From sequence record DRR723986_10959: a stretch of 64,000 nt of DNA; one strand, written 5' to 3'. The notes under the pieces are model-generated. The model saw nothing but the letters and a program-made list of their open reading frames with translations. It was not told where the DNA came from and searched no databases. The position numbers were made by a program, and so were the translations under genes. Shown in pieces: positions 56,211 to 64,000 of the stretch. Position 1 is the stretch's first letter, and the number at the start of each line of letters is the position of its first letter.

Positions 56211-57866
56211 CTACCTCAAGATCTTCCTTACAAAAGCAACCGTGAAATAGGACATCAGAAACACTCCTACCCACCCCTCTATCGCTGAAATCAATCTATT
56301 CCAACTTGTTGGATAATAATCACCGTATCCAATGGTGAAGAAAGTAATAGAACTGTGGTATAAGGACTTGTCAACAATGTCCAATTTGTCATGAGCATCT
56401 ACAGAATTAATAATGTGTCCCAAATCCATCAATTCAAATGAAATATAAATGGATGCAAACAAACAAATTGCAACTACCATGCTCACGAAAACGCGATTAG
56501 GACTTGTGGCAAACAAGCCCATTTTATCAAACACCAAAGATCTTAGCGAAAATCCAAACTTTATCAAGAAACCAGGCCACTTAGAATGCTTTAAAGCAAG
56601 CTCTCTGTCTGAAGCCAACTCATATCTTTTGAAGTATACATAGGCCCAATCTTCGTCTGCATACTGTCCGTTTTTCGTGAAATTATCTTTAATGATATTG
56701 AATTGCTCGGCATTTGAAGCATGCGTAGCACCTTGATTGAGTATTAAATTTTTGACGTTATTTTTTTTCCAATCAACAATAATTTTCCCAAGATTTCTAG
56801 CTCCATTTAAATTCAACTTTTGCAGTGCATCATGTTTGAGAAAATTCAAATCAGTGATGGAATGCAAATAGGAATCTGAAAGATTGATCGTATCTGCTTT
56901 TTTTATTCTTAAATCAAGGGTTGAATGGATGTCGCTGTTTGATATACTAATAACACCTGCTACGACAGATTCAAAGGAAATCGTTCGGCTCCCGAAATCA
57001 ATGTGATCAAAATTTGCTTCATCAGGCCCAAAATTCATTCTTCTAAACGTAATATCTCCCCCTTCAAATTTTGAAAGTCGAAAAGTCATTTTGCCTGACT
57101 CAATTTCAGACTCTTCAAATGTAACATGGCCACTACCAAATAAGGATCTTCTAAAATCGATTTTACCTTTACCAAACATCACTCTTCTGAAATCAAGTAC
57201 GGACCCATTGAACTTCATTTTTTCAAAAGTCTTAGTTCCATCTCCAAATTCTGCAAAATGAAATTTAACCTTAGATTGATTAAAATTCACTCGTTTAAAA
57301 TTGACCTCATTGCATTTTAAGGAAGCATTAATAAAAGATACCAACTCCCCATTAAAATGAGAATTTTCAAACTTCAATATTTCGCAATTAAATTCTGCGT
57401 ATTGAAATAAACTCTGATGCGAGTGAAAACTACAATTTGAAAAATCTACTTTGGCCGTATCGAATTGACTGTGCGTAAAGTTCAAAGATCCATGCGAGAA
57501 TACCGCATGGCTAAAATCCAAATCTTTAATAAACTTAACGTATGAAAAATCAGTGAATGCATCACAATCGAAAAATGCATTACTCGCTGAAATTCCTCCT
57601 ATTTCAACTAACTCTTTGGCCTCAATTCCTTTCGATTTACGATAGGCAGATATGGAGAAATCTTTTATGTAACAGTTGTCAACCCTCAGCCCCTCGCCTT
57701 TCGAAAGCATCTCATAAATCTGCTCGTTTTCAAGGTACCCTAGGTAGCGTTCTTTAATTTTTTTCTGTGCATAAAACTCTACAACTTTAACGGATTTTCC
57801 GTATTCGATCCCCTCAAATTCAATTGCTTGATTTAGTATTTCGATTTGATAGAAAATTTGGCTCAT
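56211..57866 (-). CDS. Pentapeptide-like repeat protein fused to a 2TM potassium-channel pore domain
   Basis: About 16 12-aa xFxxxxFxxxxx repeats; SLYHSSITFFTIGYGDYYP selectivity filter flanked by TM helices. Confidence 0.85.
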   Translation of the reverse strand: MSQIFYQIEILNQAIEFEGIEYGKSVKVVEFYAQKKIKERYLGYLENEQIYEMLSKGEGLRVDNCYIKDFSISAYRKSKGIEAKELVEIGGISASNAFFDCDAFTDFSYVKFIKDLDFSHAVFSHGSLNFTHSQFDTAKVDFSNCSFHSHQSLFQYAEFNCEILKFENSHFNGELVSFINASLKCNEVNFKRVNFNQSKVKFHFAEFGDGTKTFEKMKFNGSVLDFRRVMFGKGKIDFRRSLFGSGHVTFEESEIESGKMTFRLSKFEGGDITFRRMNFGPDEANFDHIDFGSRTISFESVVAGVISISNSDIHSTLDLRIKKADTINLSDSYLHSITDLNFLKHDALQKLNLNGARNLGKIIVDWKKNNVKNLILNQGATHASNAEQFNIIKDNFTKNGQYADEDWAYVYFKRYELASDRELALKHSKWPGFLIKFGFSLRSLVFDKMGLFATSPNRVFVSMVVAICLFASIYISFELMDLGHIINSVDAHDKLDIVDKSLYHSSITFFTIGYGDYYPTSWNRLISAIEGWVGVFLMSYFTVAFVRKILR

Positions 57867-57914
57867 GTAGTTGTCAATGATTGACTAAATATAACCAAAA
57901 TGAATTAACCCTTA

Positions 57915-58997
57915 TTAAACCAGCATGTTGGTCTGTTTTAGCAGCAATGCATCTAACATTACAATTGCCGTCATTGCTTCAACAATTGGTACCGCTCGAG
58001 GAACTACACATGGGTCATGTCGTCCTTCTGCTCTCATTTTTACCTCTTTCCCATCTTTATTGATGGTATCTTGTTCCTTAAAAATGGTAGCAACAGGTTT
58101 GAAAGCCACGTTAAAATAAATGTCTTGACCGTTTGAGATTCCTCCTTGTATTCCTCCAGAATTGTTGGTTTCAGTTACTGGAATACCGTCTATCATTTTA
58201 AAAGCATCATTATGTTCTGAACCTAACTGTTCTGAGCCAGCAAAACCAGATCCTAGTTCAAATCCTTTCACTGCATTGATACTCAACATGGCTTTCGCCA
58301 GATTGGCATTTAATCGATCAAACACAGGCTCGCCGATACCAACTATCGGATTTTTAATTAAACACTGAATAATTCCGCCTAACGAATCGCCCTTTTTCTT
58401 TGTTTCTTCAACCAATGCAATCATTTGGTTTGCTATATCAGCATCTGGGCAACGTACAATATTCTCTTCAATCAAGGATAAGTTCAATTCTTGATAGGTT
58501 TTACCGGTCTTAATTGATCCAATTTGCGAAACAAAAGCGGTAACTTCAATTCCTTTTGTTTTAAGGATTTGTTTGGCAATAGATCCGGCTACGACTCTAC
58601 ACGCAGTTTCACGGGCAGAACTCCTTCCTCCTCCTCTATAATCACGGATTCCGTATTTTTCTTGGTAGGTGAAATCAGCATGAGATGGCCGATAAACATC
58701 CTTTATTTTAGAATAATCTTTAGAACGTTGATCTTTGTTTTTGATTAAAAAACCAATGGGTGTCCCTAAAGTTTTACCTTCAAATATTCCAGATAGAATT
58801 TCAACTGTATCTGATTCTTTTCTTTGAGTAGAAATATGAGATTGACCTGGTTTCCTTCTGTCCAAGTCTACCTGAATTTGATCTATGTTTATAGATACTC
58901 CAGCTGGGCAACCATCAATTATACCTCCAATAGCAACACCATGAGACTCTCCAAAAGAAGTCAGTTTGAATATGCTTCCAAAGGTATTACCTGCCAT
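57915..58997 (-). CDS. aroC: Chorismate synthase
   Basis: [39 protein letters not shown]. Confidence 0.97.
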   Translation of the reverse strand: MAGNTFGSIFKLTSFGESHGVAIGGIIDGCPAGVSINIDQIQVDLDRRKPGQSHISTQRKESDTVEILSGIFEGKTLGTPIGFLIKNKDQRSKDYSKIKDVYRPSHADFTYQEKYGIRDYRGGGRSSARETACRVVAGSIAKQILKTKGIEVTAFVSQIGSIKTGKTYQELNLSLIEENIVRCPDADIANQMIALVEETKKKGDSLGGIIQCLIKNPIVGIGEPVFDRLNANLAKAMLSINAVKGFELGSGFAGSEQLGSEHNDAFKMIDGIPVTETNNSGGIQGGISNGQDIYFNVAFKPVATIFKEQDTINKDGKEVKMRAEGRHDPCVVPRAVPIVEAMTAIVMLDALLLKQTNMLV

Positions 58998-60412
58998 TAC
59001 GCTCCAATGGTTAGTTTACATGCCTCTAAGATCACTCTTACTTCATCCAAAGTAGGAGCTTCAGCATATGTTCTCAATACAGGTTCAGTACCTGATGGTC
59101 TAATCATTAACCAACGGTTTTCGTCAAAGTGGTATTTAAATCCATCTAGTGTTTCAACCCCAGTCACCTTATATTTTCCGAACATGTGAAATGAATCCTG
59201 TTTGCATTTTTCAATTATACTGTGTTTTTGTTCGTCAGTAATATGCAAATCACTTCTTTCAAAAGCAAAAGGACCAACAATCTCGTAAACTTCAGCAATC
59301 AATTCATCAAGACTTTTTCCAGTCTTAGCCATGAATTCCCAAATGGTTAGCCCCATCCAAATTCCATCTCTTTCTGGAATAAAGGTTTTTAATGCAATTC
59401 CACCTGATTCTTCACCTCCTAATAAAACATCCTCACTTTCAATAGCCATTTTACCGGCAATATATTTGAAACCAATTTTAACCTCATTATGCTCTAAACC
59501 ATAATGTGCGCACATTGCTTTAATTCTTGGAGTTGAGCTGAAGCCCGTAACCACTTTTCCAGATAATCCTTTGTACTTAACCAAATAATGAATAGTTAAC
59601 AGGATAATATGATGAGAATCAATAAACTCCCCTTTTCCATTATAAAGACCTATTCTATCAGCATCACCGTCTGTCGCTAATCCGCAACTCAAACTTTCTT
59701 TCGAACTCATCAATGCCGAAAACTCTTTTAAATTTTTAGCAATTGGTTCTGGTGCCTGCCCCATAAAAGATGGGTTTGGCTCACAATGTAAAAAATCAAT
59801 AGTTGGCAATAGTTTTTTCATTACTGATTGTCCAGCTCCGTACATGGCATCATAAGCCCAACCAAATTTTGAATTGGCAATCAAATCCAAATCAAAAGTT
59901 TTTCGAACAATGTCGATATACATTTGCTCTAAATCAACCGTTTTAATTAGACCCTCTTTTTTAGCTGCGTCTAGAGATATTTGAGCTAAATTAAGATTGT
60001 TCTCTGAAGGGATAATCTGTTCGATTTCATCCACTTCTTCAGGAGACAATGGACCTCCAAAATCACCTTTCAATTTATAGCCGTTATAAGATGGCGGATT
60101 ATGACTTGCCGTAATTACAACACCCAAAGATGCCTTTAACTCTCTGGTACCATAAGAAACCATTGGGGTAGAAACAAAACCTTTATCTGATTGATAAACA
60201 GTGATTCCACTGTTCACAAACACTTTCACTGCCGTTTCAACGAACATTGCTCCACCAAATCGGCAATCGTGTCCGATCACCACAGACGGGTTATCAAAGT
60301 TTTTTCTCAACCACGCAGCTACCGCAATGGATACCCGCGCAACATTATCTACTGTATATTCTTTAGCAATGATTGCTCTCCAACCATCTGTTCCGAACTT
60401 AATCTTAGTCAT
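58997..60412 (-). CDS. Phosphoglucomutase/phosphomannomutase family protein
   Basis: FGTDGWR, ITASHNP, DGDADR, GEESGG, RPSGTEP. Confidence 0.94.
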   Translation of the reverse strand: MTKIKFGTDGWRAIIAKEYTVDNVARVSIAVAAWLRKNFDNPSVVIGHDCRFGGAMFVETAVKVFVNSGITVYQSDKGFVSTPMVSYGTRELKASLGVVITASHNPPSYNGYKLKGDFGGPLSPEEVDEIEQIIPSENNLNLAQISLDAAKKEGLIKTVDLEQMYIDIVRKTFDLDLIANSKFGWAYDAMYGAGQSVMKKLLPTIDFLHCEPNPSFMGQAPEPIAKNLKEFSALMSSKESLSCGLATDGDADRIGLYNGKGEFIDSHHIILLTIHYLVKYKGLSGKVVTGFSSTPRIKAMCAHYGLEHNEVKIGFKYIAGKMAIESEDVLLGGEESGGIALKTFIPERDGIWMGLTIWEFMAKTGKSLDELIAEVYEIVGPFAFERSDLHITDEQKHSIIEKCKQDSFHMFGKYKVTGVETLDGFKYHFDENRWLMIRPSGTEPVLRTYAEAPTLDEVRVILEACKLTIGA

Positions 60413-60487
60413 TCTTAGAGTTTTCTAATCAAAGCCGCGAATTTAGTAAATTTAAAGAGCTTCAAGCTCTGCAAAGCGGAATAAAAA

Positions 60488-61534
60488 CTACAATTTTTGT
60501 AAAAATTGCATGGTATCTACCCCATCTGCATAATCAGAAAGCGAAGGATTTTGTGATTGCCCTATGGGCGTGTAATTTTCACCGATTACAACTTGAATGT
60601 TTTCTTTGTTCTCCTTAATGAAGTCCTCTGCTTCCGCGGTATCTTTATATCTCACGTAATGCAGCATCCCAAGAGGTGAATTGATAGAACGATCTTCTTT
60701 CAACAAAATGAATCCGTTATCCAGCAATTCCTCCTGATTCATTAAATAAACCGCTTTGTTATAATCGTAATTATTGGCGTATTTATTGTGATTCACAACA
60801 TCTGAATACGCATAAATCGCTTCAAAAAAACGATCCAAAATAAAATCTTCTGGAATCCATATTTGTGAAATATTCCGACATCCTAAACCATAATAATTAA
60901 AGATATCTTCGCCCAATTTTGACAATTCTTCTTTCGATTCATTCCCCGTTAAAACTGCGATAGAGTTTCTGTTTTTTCTAATAATATGAGGATGTTTACT
61001 AAAATAAGTTTCAAAATATCTGGCAGAATTATTTGAGCCTGTTGCAATTACCGCATCAAAATTCTCAATTTTAGATTCAGAGATGTCCACGTAAGTTTGA
61101 ATATCCTCATTAAACAATGCCAGCGTCTTAATTATTGCCGGAAAAAGATGTTTATCATCAGAAGATAATTTCACTACAGCCGTGTGACCTGCTAAAAAAA
61201 CGGATATAAAATCATGAAAACCAACTAAGGGGATGTTTCCTGCCATGATGATCGCGACTCTCTTGCGTTTTTCATCTTTAAGTTGGTAACCAGAAAGCCA
61301 TTGATTCAGACTTTCTTCTGTCAACCAGGACGAAATTCCTTTAAACGCCCTTCTCACTTCTGCTTCTTTGAACCACCCATTGTAAATATGAACAGTTTTC
61401 ACTAATTCATTCAAGTCTTGATACTCTTCAGCATTGATGCCCAATTCATAACCCGGCCAATCGTTATTTTGAGCCAAATTATCTAGAATAGTGCCCAGTT
61501 TTATTAAAATCTCTTTCTTTTCTTTCAATATCAT
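60488..61534 (-). CDS. Acyl-CoA reductase (LuxC-like)
   Basis: IMAGNIPLVGFHD, IATGSNNS, GLGCRN; start moved to ATG 61534 to avoid overlap with the divergent ferredoxin. Confidence 0.85.
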   Translation of the reverse strand: MILKEKKEILIKLGTILDNLAQNNDWPGYELGINAEEYQDLNELVKTVHIYNGWFKEAEVRRAFKGISSWLTEESLNQWLSGYQLKDEKRKRVAIIMAGNIPLVGFHDFISVFLAGHTAVVKLSSDDKHLFPAIIKTLALFNEDIQTYVDISESKIENFDAVIATGSNNSARYFETYFSKHPHIIRKNRNSIAVLTGNESKEELSKLGEDIFNYYGLGCRNISQIWIPEDFILDRFFEAIYAYSDVVNHNKYANNYDYNKAVYLMNQEELLDNGFILLKEDRSINSPLGMLHYVRYKDTAEAEDFIKENKENIQVVIGENYTPIGQSQNPSLSDYADGVDTMQFLQKL

Positions 61535-61546
61535 CTTCAGACGAAT

Positions 61547-61554
61547 TATATTTG
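61547..61554 (+). promoter_or_regulatory. -7 promoter element for the ferredoxin
   Basis: TATATTTG. Confidence 0.5.
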
Positions 61555-61578
61555 CAAAAATAAAATGAAAATCAAGTA

Positions 61579-61932
61579 ATGGCAATTATTATTACAGATG
61601 AATGCATAAACTGTGGAGCTTGCGAGCCAGAATGCCCGAATAACGCGATTTACGAAGGTGGTGCAGAGTGGAGATATTCAGACGGAACCTCTTTAACCGG
61701 AATGGTTCAATTACCGAATAGGGATGTAACTGTTGACGCGGATGCAGATATGGAGCCAGTTGACATGGATGTCTATTTTATTGCACCCGACAAATGTACC
61801 GAGTGTAAAGGATTCCATGATGAGCCTCAATGTGCGGCTGTTTGTCCTGTAGATTGTTGTGTAGATGATGAAGACATTAGAGAAACGGATGAGGAATTAC
61901 TTGCTAAAAAGGATTTTATGCACTTAGATTAA
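61579..61932 (+). CDS. 2[4Fe-4S] ferredoxin (YfhL-like)
   Basis: CINCGACEPECP and CTECKGFHDEPQCAAVCP. Confidence 0.93.
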   Translation: MAIIITDECINCGACEPECPNNAIYEGGAEWRYSDGTSLTGMVQLPNRDVTVDADADMEPVDMDVYFIAPDKCTECKGFHDEPQCAAVCPVDCCVDDEDIRETDEELLAKKDFMHLD

Positions 61933-61957
61933 TCAGTGCATTGTTAATATATTCAAT

Positions 61958-61990
61958 AAACTCTCTTCCTTTCGAAGGGAGTTTTTTTTT
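61958..61990 (+). terminator. Rho-independent terminator after the ferredoxin
   Basis: aaactctctt/aagggagttt stem followed by a T run. Confidence 0.65.
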
Positions 61991-62001
61991 ACTTTCGAGC
62001 C

Positions 62002-62748
62002 ATGGAATCAGAAGATCACAGAAAAAAAATTGAAGTTTGTTTTTCTCCTTACCTATTTTCTCTGTACAAAGAGGAATTTGATATTATCGTTGTAATTGAT
62101 GTGTTGAGAGCAACTTCAGCCATTTGTGCTGCATTTCAGAATGGCGTGAAAGAACTCATCCCTGTCTCAACTATTGAAGAAGCAAGAGATTATCAAAAAA
62201 AGGGATTTCTTGTTGGGGCTGAACGAAAAGGGAAAATAGTTGATGGATTTGATTTTGGTAATTCGCCCTATTCGTATATGATTCCAGAAGTAAAAAATCA
62301 AACGGTTGTTTTGAGTACTACGAACGGAACCAAATCAATTAACATAGCAAAAGAGGCAGGTCAGGTTGTAATAGGAGCTTTATCGAATTTAGATGCGTTA
62401 AACGAATGGTTAGTATTGCAAAACAAAAATGTGCTTTGCCTTTGCTCAGGATGGCAAAACAAGTTCAATCTTGAAGATACTATTTGCGCGGGCGCAATTT
62501 TAGACCACATGTTAGCAACGGGAAATTATCACTCTGAAGAAGATTCTTCAATTGCGGCTAAATATCTCTTTTTAAGTGCAAAAGACAATATCCTAGGCTA
62601 TTTAAAGGCTTCATCTCACCGTAGACGATTAAAGAATTTAAACTTGAACGAAGACATTAAATTTTGCTTAACGCCCAATACTGCTCCGGTAATTCCGGTA
62701 CTAAAGGGTGATCGATTAATAGCTGTAAAATCAACAGTTGCCATTTAA
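62002..62748 (+). CDS. comB: 2-phosphosulfolactate phosphatase family protein
   Basis: VIDVLRATS, GAER, FGNSP, STTNGT, EDTICAG. Confidence 0.88.
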   Translation: MESEDHRKKIEVCFSPYLFSLYKEEFDIIVVIDVLRATSAICAAFQNGVKELIPVSTIEEARDYQKKGFLVGAERKGKIVDGFDFGNSPYSYMIPEVKNQTVVLSTTNGTKSINIAKEAGQVVIGALSNLDALNEWLVLQNKNVLCLCSGWQNKFNLEDTICAGAILDHMLATGNYHSEEDSSIAAKYLFLSAKDNILGYLKASSHRRRLKNLNLNEDIKFCLTPNTAPVIPVLKGDRLIAVKSTVAI

Positions 62749-62753
62749 ATAAT

Positions 62754-63548
62754 ATGAACCGAGCCATAATTTCTTTATCAGCTTGCTTTTTTATTATTCT
62801 GTTTTCATGTGCAGATAAAAGTATTACTACAGCTAATACTGATGGAGAAGATTCTTTAAACTACCTGTCGAGCGATATTGTCATAAAATATAGTAACGCT
62901 GGGGGCATGAGCCCATTTTCTGAGAATATTTTCATTAGCAATGACAGTGCAAGCTGGAAATATGGTCGTTATCGTGAAGAGATTATTTTAGCTTGGGTTC
63001 CTCAACCAAATGATATTGAATCTATAATTCAAGTTTTAAACGATAATAAATATTCCAAAATCCAATCTGATCGGAAGGAAGAAGTTTACGATCGTGGTGG
63101 AGTACATATAAAAATTAGTTATCAGAATCAAATGATCGATTTGAACAACTCGGGTTTAAATTTTATTAAGCAGGAGTGGCAAGAAAACTTCAGGGCGATT
63201 CAACTATACATCAATGATTATGTTCAAGGAGAGGTAGAAAAACAAATGTTGACGCTTGAATTCGTTCAAGCCCCATCTGCTCAAAACAGTGCTGAACCTG
63301 TCAAAGTTTGGTTGAACAATCAACTTTTTTATGATTCAAAAGAACAACAAAACCAAGCTCCTCAGCGTATTAACATTTATCCAGGTGTAAATAAATACGA
63401 ATGGACGCTATATTATGCGGATTCTGTAGGATTCAATAACCGACCAGTCAGAAAAAATGGAGGTGAATCTAAATTTGACGCTGCTCAAAGCTCAAAGAGC
63501 ATTACGTTAGAAATTATTGAAAGTGAGGTTATTATGAAAGTAGATTAA
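62754..63548 (+). CDS. Hypothetical lipoprotein
   Basis: Lipobox LFSC, long ORF 5 bp after comB. Confidence 0.6.
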   Translation: MNRAIISLSACFFIILFSCADKSITTANTDGEDSLNYLSSDIVIKYSNAGGMSPFSENIFISNDSASWKYGRYREEIILAWVPQPNDIESIIQVLNDNKYSKIQSDRKEEVYDRGGVHIKISYQNQMIDLNNSGLNFIKQEWQENFRAIQLYINDYVQGEVEKQMLTLEFVQAPSAQNSAEPVKVWLNNQLFYDSKEQQNQAPQRINIYPGVNKYEWTLYYADSVGFNNRPVRKNGGESKFDAAQSSKSITLEIIESEVIMKVD

Positions 63549-63859
63549 AATTCTCTTTCAGAAATACATTTGATTCTTACGATATCTCCTAAACCACAAG
63601 TACTAGCTCCTGAAGCCGGCTTAGAGTCTAACCAAACTAACATCCCTTCTTCGTAATCAAGACCAGGAAATTCTGAAAGATTTGTTGCTTCTAACTTTGA
63701 ACCATCTTCTAATTCAAAAACGATACCACATGAGTCGGTATCTGAAAAGTCACGTACAATTGCTTTATCTGAATTGTTTGGGCATCCATTATTCTTGTTA
63801 CAAGCCGTAAGAGTTGCAATTCCGCAGGTGATTAAGCTTAAAGCAATGTATTTTTTCAT
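63545..63859 (-). CDS. Small hypothetical Cys-containing lipoprotein
   Basis: MKKY...LTAC lipobox from ATG 63859; DSCG and STCGLG motifs. Confidence 0.6.
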   Translation of the reverse strand: MKKYIALSLITCGIATLTACNKNNGCPNNSDKAIVRDFSDTDSCGIVFELEDGSKLEATNLSEFPGLDYEEGMLVWLDSKPASGASTCGLGDIVRIKCISEREF

Positions 63860-63926
63860 CTTAATTTTATTCGGTCCTAAAAAGGAAAAGTTTGAGTTCA
63901 ATGATAAATATACGGATTTTTACGAA

Positions 63927-64000
63927 TTATGTTCCAGAGTATGTTTCAATCCCATCTTCTGTCACTAAATAGGTTTTTTGCACACCAGCTCTTCTTGAAA
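63927..64000 (-). CDS. 3' end of a CDS entering from beyond the window (unidentified)
   Basis: Open minus frame ...SRRAGVQKTYLVTEDGIETYSGT-stop. Confidence 0.35.
   Translation of the reverse strand, partial: SRRAGVQKTYLVTEDGIETYSGT

Noticed and set aside
60488-61534. Bioluminescence (lux) locus
   Set aside because: A lone LuxC-like reductase with no luxAB/D/E; its divergent pairing with a ferredoxin is a common Bacteroidota arrangement.
62002-62748. Coenzyme M biosynthesis
   Set aside because: ComB-family phosphatases are widespread, and no other com genes are present.
1-64000. CRISPR arrays, tRNA/rRNA genes, IS elements, prophage
   Set aside because: Intergenic gaps are short, and no repeat-spacer pattern, RNA gene signature, transposase or phage gene was recognised by eye. 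Small ncRNAs cannot be excluded without a covariance-model search.

Overview
AT-rich bacterial chromosomal DNA from a Bacteroidota organism. TAnnTTTG -7 promoter motifs, T9SS cargo proteins and a split transketolase point to Flavobacteriales, possibly Crocinitomicaceae-like (inference). The standout feature is a tightly packed 10-gene, + strand operon (205-12084) that runs from mevalonate to sterol. It encodes gap, a eukaryote-like squalene synthase, a eukaryote-like squalene epoxidase, type 2 IPP isomerase, class II HMG-CoA reductase, two GHMP kinases, diphosphomevalonate decarboxylase, a short-chain prenyl synthase and an oxidosqualene cyclase. The cyclase has a DCTSE motif and a Y/H/V specificity triad, so lanosterol or a mixed protosterol product is predicted. 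The rest of the window holds housekeeping and accessory genes: folE, rlmD, ychF, split transketolase with a VWA gene in between, aroC, PGM/PMM, a LytS/LytTR pair, an ECF triad, T9SS cargo and peptidases. It also holds several odd uncharacterised proteins: a DoxX-GRDP fusion, an internally duplicated Cys/Met PLP enzyme, a His-rich membrane protein, a 20-aa repeat protein and a beta-solenoid/K+ pore fusion. No rRNA, tRNA, CRISPR array, integrase or transposase was recognised. All assignments come from motif recognition by eye; no searches were run.
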